Counted from the stretch's first letter, positions 10,415 through 20,733 are shown. The stretch is DNA of 64,000 bases from Candidatus Oxydemutatoraceae bacterium (GCA_965220085.1 CBDCOZ010000003.1:192001-256000), one strand, 5' to 3'. Numbers and translations are program-made. The notes: a model not told the origin generated them from the sequence alone.

Positions 10415-11545
10415 GTGATTATGTGGATACACGAGCATCAAAACTGGCCAAACCTGACTTGGGACACCGAAGCGCTGGCTTCCAAGTTGGCTGACATACG
10501 CCATCGGCAGGGGCGGTTGCTCGGGCGCATGGATGGCATCGGCTTTGAGTTCAAGCGAGAGGCTTGCCTTCGCACGCTGACTGATGATGTGGTGAAGTCG
10601 TCCGCTATCGAGGGCGAGAACCTCAACCCCAAGGAGGTGCGCTCATCGGTTGCCCGCAGGCTGGGGATTGATGTAGCCGGTCTTGTGCCGGCGGGCAGGG
10701 ATGTGGAAGGCGTTGTCGCAATGATGTTAGATGCTACGCAGCAATTTGCAAAGCCGCTGACGAAGGAGCGCATGTTCGCTTGGCATGCGGCGCTGTTTCC
10801 GACAGGGCACAGCGGCATGAACCGGATAACCGTCGGCGGGTGGCGCACATCGGATGCCGATCCCATGCGGGTCGTATCCGGCCCCGTCGGTCGCGAGAAG
10901 ATTCGCTTTGAAGCCCCCGCCGCAAAGCGGCTGGAAAAAGAAATGCGGGTGTTTCTGGACTGGTTTGAAAATGGTCGCAGCGGGCATGACATTGATCCGG
11001 CGCTCAAAGCGGGAGTCGCCCATGTGTGGTTTGTTACCATTCATCCGTTTGCGGATGGGAACGGTCGCATTGCCCGAACCATCGGCGATATGGCGCTTGC
11101 GCGAGCGGACGGCATCCCCGATCGTTTCTACAGCCTGTCGTCCCGGATTGAAGCCGAGCGCAAAGATTACTATGACCGACTGGAAAAGCAACAACGCGGC
11201 ACACCGGAAATCACGGGGTGGCTGGAATGGTTTTTGGATTGCTTGGGACGCGCCATCGACGGCGCCGAGACTTCCCTTGGCAATGTGCTGTTTAAGGTGC
11301 GCCTGTGGGACAGGATTCATCGCGGTCGCGCGCCCGTCAACGAGCGCCAGCGTCTGGTCATCAACCGCATGTTGGAAGACTCCTTTGAAGGGCATATGAA
11401 CACATCGCAGTACGCCCGGCTGGCAAAGTGCTCCAAAGACACGGCGCTCAGGGACATTCAAAGCCTGAAAGAAAGGGGGCTGTTTGCGCAAAATTCCGCC
11501 GGCGGGCGCAGCGCCGGCTACAGGCTGCCTGCGACGCTGCCCTGA
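10415..11545 (+). CDS. Fic family protein (DUF4172 N-terminus, C-terminal HTH)
   Basis: WIHEHQNWP start, SSAIEGE, and HPFADGNGRIAR. Confidence 0.92.
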   Translation: MIMWIHEHQNWPNLTWDTEALASKLADIRHRQGRLLGRMDGIGFEFKREACLRTLTDDVVKSSAIEGENLNPKEVRSSVARRLGIDVAGLVPAGRDVEGVVAMMLDATQQFAKPLTKERMFAWHAALFPTGHSGMNRITVGGWRTSDADPMRVVSGPVGREKIRFEAPAAKRLEKEMRVFLDWFENGRSGHDIDPALKAGVAHVWFVTIHPFADGNGRIARTIGDMALARADGIPDRFYSLSSRIEAERKDYYDRLEKQQRGTPEITGWLEWFLDCLGRAIDGAETSLGNVLFKVRLWDRIHRGRAPVNERQRLVINRMLEDSFEGHMNTSQYARLAKCSKDTALRDIQSLKERGLFAQNSAGGRSAGYRLPATLP

Positions 11546-11780
11546 GATGACGGGCAATTTTGCCCGATAGCCGTATAATCGCTATCATCAATCGCAATAT
11601 CAAAAGCGCTCCAAAGATACGGCGCTCAGGGACATTCAAAGCCTGAAAGAAAGGGGGCTGTTTGCGCAAAATTCCGCCGGCGGGCGCAGCGCCGGCTACA
11701 GGCTGCCTGCGACGCTGCCCTGAGATGACGGGCATTTTTGCCCGATAGCCGTATAATCGCTATCATCAATCGCAACATCA
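11428..11780 (+). repeat. 179-bp tandem duplication of the fic 3' end and downstream region
   Basis: 11428-11600 is repeated almost exactly at 11607-11780. Confidence 0.9.
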
Positions 11781-11787
11781 ACGGGGG

Positions 11788-12372
11788 TTGGCAATGGGAC
11801 TGAAAAACACAAAACACGATTACGGCACGATAGCCAAGTGGCTGCATTGGGGAACGGCGCTGCTGTTCTTGGCCGCATACGTCAGCGTTTACTATCGGCA
11901 ATGGTTTACGGAGGAGAAAACTCCGGAGAATTGGACCGCCCTGCAGATACATTTGTCTGTCGGGGTGACCATCGCCGTTGTCGTGGCGTTGCGCATCATC
12001 TGGCGGATGACCAATCGCCTGCCGGCTCCGGAGCCGGGCAACAAGGCGTGGCAACTGATGATACGCGCCGGGCACTACACGCTTTATGCCGTCATGATTC
12101 TGATGCCGATAACGGGCTATATCGGCACCGGCGCGAATACGGAATATTTCTTTCTGTTTGATATTCCGAAGTTTGAGGACACGCAGTTGTTTGCGCTGCT
12201 GGTTCAAGACGGGATGGGCATGACATTCAAAGAGTTTGAAGAGCCCATTGACTTTATTCACAAGGACGTGATGGGCGCGTGGGTGGTTTGGATACTGATA
12301 TTGGGGCATATCGCAGCCGCGCTGTACCACCACTTTGTCAAGAAAGACCGCACCCTGCGCAAGATGACCTGA
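11788..12372 (+). CDS. Cytochrome b561 (YceJ/CybB-like)
   Basis: YGTIAKWLHW, HLSVG, GHYTLY and GHIAAALYHHF heme-ligand histidines. Confidence 0.9.
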   Translation: MAMGLKNTKHDYGTIAKWLHWGTALLFLAAYVSVYYRQWFTEEKTPENWTALQIHLSVGVTIAVVVALRIIWRMTNRLPAPEPGNKAWQLMIRAGHYTLYAVMILMPITGYIGTGANTEYFFLFDIPKFEDTQLFALLVQDGMGMTFKEFEEPIDFIHKDVMGAWVVWILILGHIAAALYHHFVKKDRTLRKMT

Positions 12373-12452
12373 GTTGCCAGCGCTGAGAAGCCGGACGGTG
12401 TTTGGTTTGTTCTTTTGGCGGGGCATGATTTTTTGGCTTCGGGGGCAGCGCC

Positions 12453-13052
12453 ATGTCTGAGATAGCGAAGCCCACCGCGGCAGAGGTGCGCCGGTATCAA
12501 AAGAGGTGGACATCCGACCGGTACTTCCGCGAAGAAAATGCCCTTGATAAGTTGTTCCGGGCATGCCCTCAAAATCGTTGCGTTAAAGATGTTCTGATCA
12601 AAGTCGCTTCGCTCAATGCCCTTTACAGCGCCGGCGTTTTCCCCGACGAATATGTCGAGATTGCGGATATGATTTGCGAACTGGATATTGACGAGAGGTT
12701 AAAAACGGGTTGTCCCGACCTTGTGGAAGACATTGCCAACGGCGCACGGGAGGCTATAAGCAATCTGGAAGGGCCAGGAGGAAGGCCGCGGGGAAGGAGG
12801 TATGCCTTTGCTGCCAAGTACTGTAGCTTTCACAATGAATGTGCCTACCCCATGAGAGACACATTGGTGGCGGACATGCTCAAGAAGTTCAGGCGGCGCG
12901 GGGATGCGGGCTTTGCTTTTAAGAATCGCGAGTTAGACAGCTATCCGGAGTTTCGTGCGGTGGCGGAACGGTTCAGGGAAGCCTACGGACTGACAGAATT
13001 CTCCTTCAGAGAGATTGACCGCTACCTGTGGCTATTGGGGCGCGGGCGCTGA
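12453..13052 (+). CDS. Conserved hypothetical protein, possibly HhH DNA-glycosylase-like
   Basis: AFAAKYCSFHN..YPMRD and terminal REIDRYLW motifs. The fold call is inference. Confidence 0.6.
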   Translation: MSEIAKPTAAEVRRYQKRWTSDRYFREENALDKLFRACPQNRCVKDVLIKVASLNALYSAGVFPDEYVEIADMICELDIDERLKTGCPDLVEDIANGAREAISNLEGPGGRPRGRRYAFAAKYCSFHNECAYPMRDTLVADMLKKFRRRGDAGFAFKNRELDSYPEFRAVAERFREAYGLTEFSFREIDRYLWLLGRGR

Positions 13053-13360
13053 CAGGTGCAACTATAAGTTGCGCACAGATATAACCTAAGTCGTAAAATC
13101 GCTGACATCAGCCAGAATTGGCAATGGGATTGAAAAACACGTCTTGTTGTATCGTTGCTCTGTCAAGAAAGACCGCGCCTTCTTGCAAGACAGCCCGAAC
13201 TGTGGGGCAGGGTGGGTCATAGCGGATGCCTTGTTCGTCTTAACGGGCATTGTGCGGTTGTCCGCAACTAAGGCAGCGGATGACAGACAGCGCACAGCGC
13301 AAGAACTCACGCCAGACTAAACCATCCGAATAAAAAGATAGCAACTAGGATGAAGAGTTT

Positions 13361-13594
13361 TTAGCATTCCTTTTCAGCAAAATTCTTTTTCACATGTTGA
13401 CTTATATATGCACTGAGTCCTTTGCCAAACCGGGCAAGTCTTTGCATTTCTTTGACATGTTCAGGACCTGGCGCAGAGTGGTCGTAGCAGTAAACTGATC
13501 CCTCCTTAAACCGAATCCGTATGAAGTCGTTACCTGCTTCATAGCCCTTCACGCCTGATCTCCCCGAAATATCTTTGTATGGTGTCATTGTCAT
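13361..13594 (-). CDS. Small KTSC-like hypothetical protein
   Basis: SGVKGYE...IRFKEGSVYCY...GKGLSAYI pattern; RBS ggagg upstream. Confidence 0.65.
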   Translation of the reverse strand: MTMTPYKDISGRSGVKGYEAGNDFIRIRFKEGSVYCYDHSAPGPEHVKEMQRLARFGKGLSAYISQHVKKNFAEKEC

Positions 13595-13710
13595 TAGTCC
13601 TCCGATTGTTAGTTTAGCGGCGAATGTAATCTCGGTAATTTATCTTGTGGAAACAATTATAGCGATGCTTTTAATGAGGCTTATGATTATGGGAATATCA
13701 GAGGCACATT

Positions 13711-13960
13711 ATGTTGCGTGTAACACCACCGGAGTTTCGGAAGAATTTTGGCTAATACAAAGAGCTTGCCCGGCGCGAGCCGGTTGGCATCGCCGGCAAT
13801 GGGCGCGAAAGCGTCGTGTTGCTGTCGGCGACAGAGTATCGCGCATTTCTTGAATATAAAAATAGCCGCTATGCTCATCAGGGCAATCTGATTTATCCCA
13901 AGCGATGTTGACATCTTTATGGACGACCGCGCCGATGTGCTGAAAGGCTTGGCTAAGTGA
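13711..13960 (+). pseudogene. Phd/YefM antitoxin pseudogene
   Basis: Manual translation MLRVTPPEFRKNFG*YKELARREPVGIAGNGRESVVLLSATEY, with stop at 13753 and a later frameshift. Confidence 0.75.
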
Positions 13961-14017
13961 GCTCTGGCGAGTGCATCACGCATAAAGACGTTTGGTGCTT
14001 TTATGAATTGCGAATTG

Positions 14018-15211
14018 CTAAAAAAAACTATTGCGCATAGCCACGCCTATCTGTGCTGCCAGTACGGGGGGAATGGCATTGCCGACTTGAGTAAATTGCC
14101 GCGCAGTAGAACCGACAAAGACATAATCGTCCGGAAAGGTTTGTAGCCTAGCACATTCTCTAACACTTAAAGTGCGCGGAATTTCAGGGTGTAGATGTGA
14201 ACGACCTCCGCCATTATTACCGCCTGCAATAATTGTTTTAGATGGGACTGAGGGATCAAGTCTGTCTACCCTGCCAAGGGTATCTCTTTTTCCGTAGTCT
14301 AATTGCGAATACCTTATAACAGAAGGTATTTTGTGTTCGCGTATTTCATTATTTGATGCGCCTTTCTTTATTTTTTTTAATGCGTTGCCGGCGCTGATTC
14401 TTTTGTCAGAAGGGGAAAGGTGCTTAAAAGGTCCGGACAGCCTAGAGCCTATAATGAATAAGCGATTTCTATGCTGGGGAACATTAAAATCTGCGGCGTT
14501 CAAGATAAAAGGGCTTTCAATATGATAATCATTTGCCTCTAGGATTTTTATTGCTTTTGTTAACTGTTTTCCATCATCCAAATCGCGCAAACCCGGAACG
14601 TTTTCAATGAGAAAAGCTCTGGGTTTAAATTCTAAAATCAACTTTATAAAATCAAACATTAAATTTCCAGTAGATCTGTTTGAAAACCCTGTCCGCTTGA
14701 AGTTTTTTCCATATTTTGCAAAGCGCTGATTAGCTGCTATGGAAAAAGGCTGACAAGGAGGCCCGCCGACAAAAACGCCTTCATAGGGCGCTTTGATTAA
14801 ACTTTTTAACGTGTTTGCAATGTCTGAAAATTTTGAAACATCTCCGTGATAAGTCGGGGGTCCAAAGACTTTCCAGTCAGGACGATTTTTTCTTAAGGTT
14901 TTGCAAAACACCGCATTAATTTCAAAAGCAGCCGTATGTTTGTACCCGACAGACTCAAGTCCCAAATCAATTCCGCCGCAACCAGAAAAAAAACTGACAA
15001 AGGAAGGGCAAGAGCCAAGTTTTTTTATTTCTGTAAGCTGGGCAGGATGAGATGTTTTGTATCTTTTAGTTTTTGAATTCTTGTAAACCAAGGAATTATA
15101 TGAGAGTCCGACACTTTCTAGCGCATCGCCAAAAGATGCGCCCTCTCTTTGTGCTATTGTTTCAGCTTTTTTTAGCAATTTAATTTGCTTTTCATACATA
15201 TTATCCGCCAT
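14018..15211 (-). CDS. DNA cytosine-C5 methyltransferase
   Basis: FSGCGG, GGPPCQPFS, IENV, QHRNR, ARLQTFPD and QVGNAIPP motifs. Confidence 0.95.
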   Translation of the reverse strand: MADNMYEKQIKLLKKAETIAQREGASFGDALESVGLSYNSLVYKNSKTKRYKTSHPAQLTEIKKLGSCPSFVSFFSGCGGIDLGLESVGYKHTAAFEINAVFCKTLRKNRPDWKVFGPPTYHGDVSKFSDIANTLKSLIKAPYEGVFVGGPPCQPFSIAANQRFAKYGKNFKRTGFSNRSTGNLMFDFIKLILEFKPRAFLIENVPGLRDLDDGKQLTKAIKILEANDYHIESPFILNAADFNVPQHRNRLFIIGSRLSGPFKHLSPSDKRISAGNALKKIKKGASNNEIREHKIPSVIRYSQLDYGKRDTLGRVDRLDPSVPSKTIIAGGNNGGGRSHLHPEIPRTLSVRECARLQTFPDDYVFVGSTARQFTQVGNAIPPVLAAQIGVAMRNSFF

Positions 15212-16397
15212 AAACAGCTCCGCGAAATTCTGTTTTTATTTTTTCATACGCTTGCTTAGACTCGTCAATGCCAGAGAAATCTTGTCTTTTTTCTTTTCTT
15301 AGCCAGTTGTCGTAATAGCGATGGACTGCGCGGTGACAATTAGGGCAAAGAGGCACTAAATCGTCGAGTATTGTTCCGTCAAGCATGACTCTTGTGCCGG
15401 AAGATAAAGGCATAATATGGTGCAGTTCTAACACACGCTCTGTCCAGGGATATGTTTCATGAGTATCTAAAATGCATAAATCACACAAGACGGCCGGGCG
15501 CTTGCTAAAAAATTCATGTCGCAGTTTGCTATTACGCTCTATTGTTATGTGAGCCTTTTTTATTTTTCTTCCTTCTGTAAAAGCAAAGCCGCTTTCCAAA
15601 GATTCTGTCATTATACTATTGTTGTAATTCAATTCTTCTGCTGTGCTGAGGGAAGAAAAAAGATTTGCTGTTTTTTGTATCCTTTTTTCTCTGTCCTCTT
15701 CTTCTATATATAAACCCTCTAGCGACTCAAAAATTTGTTCTGCGTCTTTTTTTGACAAAGAAATAAACATTCTGTGATTATTGTTTCTTTTTTGAAAATG
15801 AAGGTATGATATTTGTGACATGGCAATTAAGCTTTCGCGCGCTTGTCTGCTCGCTTCCCTGTCAGTTATGAGACTCTTATAATTTGTCGAAGCGTTAACA
15901 ATCTTTATAAATTTATTGTCCTCTTCTTTGCCCGTAAACCCCGTTTTTTCATAAGCCCCTATAATTTCATATAAGTCTGTTCCCTCGTCCTCCCCTCTGA
16001 TAGCTTTGGTTAATAAATACTTCAAAGAGAACAGAAGAGGGTATCTGATTTCTTGGGCGCCTCTTGAGCTAAGCACAAAGGGAGGATCGGTATAAGTCCG
16101 AACGATGAAATGCATGTATTCATCACAAGTTACTTCGCCTGTTTTTGCCAGTATTTTTGCGAACTCGGTAGGGCAAGCAATGCCATTTTCTTCATAAACA
16201 AGAAGCGATGTCTTTAGGATACGAGAATAATTGCGCCATAAACTATGAGTGTCAGGGGATTTGAAAGGCAACCCTGTTTCTCTTTGTGCTGTTTCTTTAT
16301 CTATGCTCCTGATGTCGTAATTCGTAACGAGTCTGGCAATTTGCACGACATTGCCAAATTGAACATAATCTAAACGTCCTGGATCCCAATTCCACAT
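15201..16397 (-). CDS. HNH endonuclease, probable cognate restriction enzyme
   Basis: CDLC...LELHH...LCPNCHRAVH; overlaps the methylase start; AT-rich. Confidence 0.85.
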   Translation of the reverse strand: MWNWDPGRLDYVQFGNVVQIARLVTNYDIRSIDKETAQRETGLPFKSPDTHSLWRNYSRILKTSLLVYEENGIACPTEFAKILAKTGEVTCDEYMHFIVRTYTDPPFVLSSRGAQEIRYPLLFSLKYLLTKAIRGEDEGTDLYEIIGAYEKTGFTGKEEDNKFIKIVNASTNYKSLITDREASRQARESLIAMSQISYLHFQKRNNNHRMFISLSKKDAEQIFESLEGLYIEEEDREKRIQKTANLFSSLSTAEELNYNNSIMTESLESGFAFTEGRKIKKAHITIERNSKLRHEFFSKRPAVLCDLCILDTHETYPWTERVLELHHIMPLSSGTRVMLDGTILDDLVPLCPNCHRAVHRYYDNWLRKEKRQDFSGIDESKQAYEKIKTEFRGAVYGG

Positions 16398-16687
16398 GTT
16401 TATTTATACGACTCCGATTTCGTTCCTTGATTCTGCCACTCGAGCATGTCAGATGCCCCAAGTCCATATTCGTCACGTTTCCCACGCTTTTATCCACATT
16501 TTTGGCAGTCCGCTTGGTGGGTGGGAGGCCACGCTCAGAGCGTCTTTGAGCGCGCCGCCCCGCACCCGCCTGCACCGGCAGCCATCCCCCAACTAAAAAA
16601 GTTCAACAGAGGCTAAGATGCTATATCATCGCTGATTTCCCCGCCTGCCGCCATTCAATGACGCAATAGGGACGATGGAGGGGAGCT

Positions 16688-16975
16688 ATGGACCGACTAG
16701 ATTTCGTATTGCCCATACGCACAAAGCATAACATGGCGGCACAGACGGTGTGCGCGATATAGGGTTGCTTGAATCGGCATTGCCCGCAACCATGCTTTTG
16801 TGGACGGCAATAAGCGCACTGCCTGTGGCGTAGCCGGTTTGTTTCTTTATGCCAACGGATATAAATTGACAGTCGCTGATGCCGACGCGCACATTGCCTT
16901 TTTGAAAGTGTCGCCGCAGGCCATATCACACAAGACGACCTCGCCGCATTTTATTCCGGGAACACCACCCCTGTT
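16688..16975 (+). pseudogene. doc: Doc (death-on-curing) toxin pseudogene
   Basis: Fragments HGGTDGVRDIGLLESAL and HAFVDGNKRTA...FLYANG in different frames, with an internal deletion. Confidence 0.75.
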
Positions 16976-17084
16976 GATGAATGAAGGACGGACTTGGGAG
17001 GCGCAATTCAAATCCATTCCATCGCCGGATTGGGCATGCCGATTGACATCGGTGATAGCTTTTGCCGGATTTGGGAAACCTTTG

Positions 17085-17142
17085 GAATGACACGAATTAC
17101 ACAGCATTTGCCCTGCGTATCCGGAGTGTTTTGGCATCAATG
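17085..17142 (+). mobile_element. IS481-family right-end remnant
   Basis: MTRITQHLPCVSGVFWHQ-coding stretch ending in ggcatca, matching other copies. Confidence 0.5.
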
Positions 17143-17223
17143 CGCTTTAATGGTAACTTATCAAAGTCATGGCGGTAGGGTTTGCATCGCTTGCTACCGA
17201 ATAACAAGACAGGAGGGTGAAAG

Positions 17224-18012
17224 ATGGCTGACAAAGAATTCGCATTCCTTGACGAGAAACCATTCTCGTGGGGCAAAGTGATTGGCGTAATTTTCTCTTT
17301 GACTATATTTTTGGTTGTGTGCCATATGTTGCGCGAATATTTTTGGAATTCCGGTCCTCTACCGGAGTTCATTGCCGTTCACCCCGGTGAGCCGTGGTCG
17401 CTACCCGCTATCATTTTGAGCAATTTTTTTCATAGCAATATAGATCACCTAGTGCTTAATCTTATACCATTTTGGTTGGTCGGGCTGTGGGCGTTCAAGC
17501 AGGAAAAAGGCGCCGCTATTGAGGGGATGGGTTATGGTGTGGTTTTTGCCGGACTCGCCATATGGCAATTTGGCGAGAGTGGAAGTATGCACTTGGGATT
17601 TAGCGGAGTCGTCTATTCGTTGGTAGGGATACTCATAATCAGTAGCATTCGGATTTTTGGTACTGCCATTGTGCTTCGGATTGGTGGTGTCGCCATTGTG
17701 CTTATATGTCTTGTTGGTTATTATCTTCTCATTGTGCCAACAGGAATACCGACTCTGCGGCTAAGCGGGATATCCGAAGGTATTGCTTGGCAAGGTCATT
17801 TGGGCGGTTTGATAGGCGGGATGTATTCCCAAATCAAAAATCCAAGACATGCGTTGCGGATTCTTGCCGAAGGCAAATGGGTGACTCCAAAAGAGGCGAA
17901 GGTCATTTATGACAGGATATCTCCGTCGCCAGATATTGACGAGGAAGCGGATGACACAAACAAAGAAGCGGACGATACAAACAAAGAGAAACCCGTACCG
18001 CCCGATTCCTGA
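17224..18012 (+). CDS. Rhomboid-family intramembrane serine protease
   Basis: FFHSNIDHLVLN, GFSGVVY and GHLGGLIGG motifs. Confidence 0.88.
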   Translation: MADKEFAFLDEKPFSWGKVIGVIFSLTIFLVVCHMLREYFWNSGPLPEFIAVHPGEPWSLPAIILSNFFHSNIDHLVLNLIPFWLVGLWAFKQEKGAAIEGMGYGVVFAGLAIWQFGESGSMHLGFSGVVYSLVGILIISSIRIFGTAIVLRIGGVAIVLICLVGYYLLIVPTGIPTLRLSGISEGIAWQGHLGGLIGGMYSQIKNPRHALRILAEGKWVTPKEAKVIYDRISPSPDIDEEADDTNKEADDTNKEKPVPPDS

Positions 18013-18130
18013 CGCACTAACTTTCGTTACATCACTCCCCCGATGCATCGTCCATGCCTGTCGGCTCGGACTCTGCTACTCCCCATAAGGGGGGATTGTA
18101 GACTTCGCCATCCTCTGACGTATCACATCA

Positions 18131-18631
18131 CTATTGACCGTGAGACTTGCGGTCTTCTCTGGAATCGTAGGTAAAGGTTTCATCCTGATAGATGCCTTGA
18201 TAATTCACTTGCAGGTCAAGGTCATCAACGAAACTAATGTCTTGATTCGTATCGTATTCAAACGATAGCAATTGGAGATCTTCGCCCACCTGCATCGTTG
18301 TACCTGAGGCATATTTCCCGGCGCGCACATTCTTAAATTCTTTTGTTTTGCTTTCTAGAAAATCATCATGGGTTTTCCAGTTGTTACGAGAGACTTCTTT
18401 ACCCTCAAAAAGCAGCACAAAATCTTTGATGATGGCGGGACCAACGCCGCTATTGGCGAGTTGAAGAGTGAAAGAGTTGCCTGTGTCATTTGTCTTTGCT
18501 GTCAAAATCGGACGCACCTTAAGCTGATTATGTTTATAGTTTTGTTGTCCTTGCCAAATAGTTGCGGCAAGAGCGCAGATTGCAACAATGACAGAGGCCA
18601 AAGCGATGGATGTGCTGGGGTCAATTTTCAC
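18131..18631 (-). CDS. Hypothetical protein with N-terminal membrane anchor
   Basis: Hydrophobic N-terminus; RPIL...NSGVGPAII pattern. Confidence 0.7.
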   Translation of the reverse strand: MKIDPSTSIALASVIVAICALAATIWQGQQNYKHNQLKVRPILTAKTNDTGNSFTLQLANSGVGPAIIKDFVLLFEGKEVSRNNWKTHDDFLESKTKEFKNVRAGKYASGTTMQVGEDLQLLSFEYDTNQDISFVDDLDLQVNYQGIYQDETFTYDSREDRKSHGQ

Positions 18632-18654
18632 TTATTCTTTTGAAGTCATAACAA

Positions 18655-18715
18655 AACCATCCCTAATGATACACCTAATATTTGTCCCATATGCCCAATA
18701 TGTCATGGCATCATT
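18655..18715 (+). mobile_element. IS481-family right-end remnant
   Basis: cccatatgcccaatatgtcatggcatca. Confidence 0.55.
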
Positions 18716-18855
18716 CGCTTCCCTGTCATGGGTAGCGCCCCCGCATCCTGATTACCCGCTATCCTATACGCGCAACTATGACTTGCGCGTAGGCTTGATA
18801 CTTGCGCTTACATGTGTTCTAATTTGCGCATAGATTTCAGCACCCTCTATATATA

Positions 18856-20226
18856 ATGACTCGTTCCATATCAGAATCCCAGTTGCAAGCAATAGCGGAG
18901 GCAGTGGCGGCACATCCGCAAGGCGCGGGTATCCGCAACATAGAAAGCGCCCTGCCGGAGCCTATTCCCCGCCGCACCCTTCAGTATCACTTGAACAGGC
19001 TGGCGGCAAGCGGGCGCATCGTCAAAAAGGGCAGCGGTCGCTGGACTCAATACCACTCGGTTTCATCCGCAACAACGGCACAGGGAACCACGTTGCCACT
19101 AACCGGTGCGGCATTGGAAGTGCGACAGTATGTGCGCCAGCCGCTGACAGCGCGCAAGCCTGTGGGCTACGAGCCTGCGTTTGCGGATAGCTACAAGCCA
19201 AACCGCAACGCCATGTTGGACGACCGGCAGCGGCAGCGTCTGACAATGGCCGGAACATTGCCATCGGGCACAACACCGGCGGGAACCTTCGTCAGGCAAA
19301 TACTAAACCGCCTGCTGGCAGATTTGTCGTGGAACTCCAGCCGTCTGGAGGGCAACACCTACTCCCTGTCGGAGACGCAACGGCTGATAGACTTCGGCGT
19401 TGCGGCGCAAGGCAAGACGCCGCTGGAAACGCAGATGATACGAAACCACAGGGACGCCGTGGCATTCCTTGTCGACGGAGCGGCGCATATCGGATTTAAC
19501 CGCCACACCATTCTCAACTTGCATGCGCTGCTGGCGGACAACCTGCTGGCAGACCCGCGGGCAGCGGGACGCCTGCGCTACATTCCGGTTGGCATCGCAA
19601 AATCGGTGTTCCATCCTTTGGAGAACCCGCAACGCATAGAGGACAGTTTTGCAAAGTTGCTGGCGACCGCCGCAGCGATTCAGAATCCGTTTGAGCAAGC
19701 GCTCTTTGTGCTGGCGCACATGCCCTACCTGCAACCCTTTGACGATGTGAACAAGCGCGTCTCGCGTCTGGCCGCGAACATTCCTCTGATAAAAGCGAAT
19801 CTGGCGCCGCTCTCGTTCGTTGATGTCCCCGCCGATATGTATACGGAAGCGATGCTTGGCGTCTATGAACTGCGCCGCGCGGAACTGCTCAGGGATGTTT
19901 TCGTCTATGCCTATGAACGCTCGGCGCAACGATACGCGGCAATCCGCCAGTCCCTTGGCGAACCCGACCCCTTCCGTTTGCAACACCGCGCCGCGCTCCA
20001 AGAGTTGGTGCAATCCGTCGTGCGGCAGAAACGGAGCAGGCAATCGGCATTGGCGCATATCGCCGCATACGCCGCACAGCATATCGCACCCGCCGCACAG
20101 GAGCGCTTCCGCCACACCGCCGAACAGGAACTGCTCAGCCTGCACGAAGGCAACTTTGCCCGCTATCGCATAACCCCGCCGCAATTCCAAACCTGGCAAC
20201 AAGTCTGGAACAGCCGCCCCGATTGA
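18856..20226 (+). CDS. Fic family protein with N-terminal HTH
   Basis: SWNSSRLEGNTYS and variant Fic motif YLQPFDDVNKRVSR. Confidence 0.9.
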   Translation: MTRSISESQLQAIAEAVAAHPQGAGIRNIESALPEPIPRRTLQYHLNRLAASGRIVKKGSGRWTQYHSVSSATTAQGTTLPLTGAALEVRQYVRQPLTARKPVGYEPAFADSYKPNRNAMLDDRQRQRLTMAGTLPSGTTPAGTFVRQILNRLLADLSWNSSRLEGNTYSLSETQRLIDFGVAAQGKTPLETQMIRNHRDAVAFLVDGAAHIGFNRHTILNLHALLADNLLADPRAAGRLRYIPVGIAKSVFHPLENPQRIEDSFAKLLATAAAIQNPFEQALFVLAHMPYLQPFDDVNKRVSRLAANIPLIKANLAPLSFVDVPADMYTEAMLGVYELRRAELLRDVFVYAYERSAQRYAAIRQSLGEPDPFRLQHRAALQELVQSVVRQKRSRQSALAHIAAYAAQHIAPAAQERFRHTAEQELLSLHEGNFARYRITPPQFQTWQQVWNSRPD

Positions 20227-20367
20227 GATTCCGCGACCCCTGACACGAGAGTTTTGCCTGAGACGCAATGGGGCTAAAGATACGCAACACGATTGCGACA
20301 CAAATTGACAAGGCCGAAGGCAAGGAGCGGATGTGATTCAAGCATGCCCCTTCCCGACTTTACGGCC

Positions 20368-20637
20368 TCACCTGTTTTCCCGGGCTTCTTCCGCCGCTAT
20401 GCAGTCATGGTAATCCTTCAGAGCCGCGCGATATTCCTCTGCCGACCGGCGTTGCATTTTGCGCGCCTTTGCCATGCATTCCGCAGCCTTCATCCCCATC
20501 CCATCGGCGACCCCATCGGGGCAAACCTCATCGTATGCGTCAGCAAGCGTGATCTCTGATGGCAAATGGCAGTTGGCAACATAACCGACTGCGGGAACAA
20601 GCATAGCCATAAAAAATGTCAAAAGATATTTTTTCAT
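20368..20637 (-). CDS. Small secreted Cys-containing hypothetical protein
   Basis: Signal-peptide-like MKKYLLTFFMAMLVPA; RBS aggagagg; four Cys. Confidence 0.6.
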   Translation of the reverse strand: MKKYLLTFFMAMLVPAVGYVANCHLPSEITLADAYDEVCPDGVADGMGMKAAECMAKARKMQRRSAEEYRAALKDYHDCIAAEEARENR

Positions 20638-20733
20638 TGTCTCCTCTCCTGTTGTATTGACGGAGTCGCGGGCCGATTAACAAGGTGCCATGGTGCGAAG
20701 CATTATATTATCACCGGATACGAATAATGCCGG

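Noticed and set aside
19303-20301. Long antisense ORFs (also 11626-12564, 35725-36477, 36863-37744, 40872-41780, 51545-52354, 58147-58953)
   Set aside because: They are shadows of well-supported genes on the opposite strand in GC-rich DNA and have no motifs.
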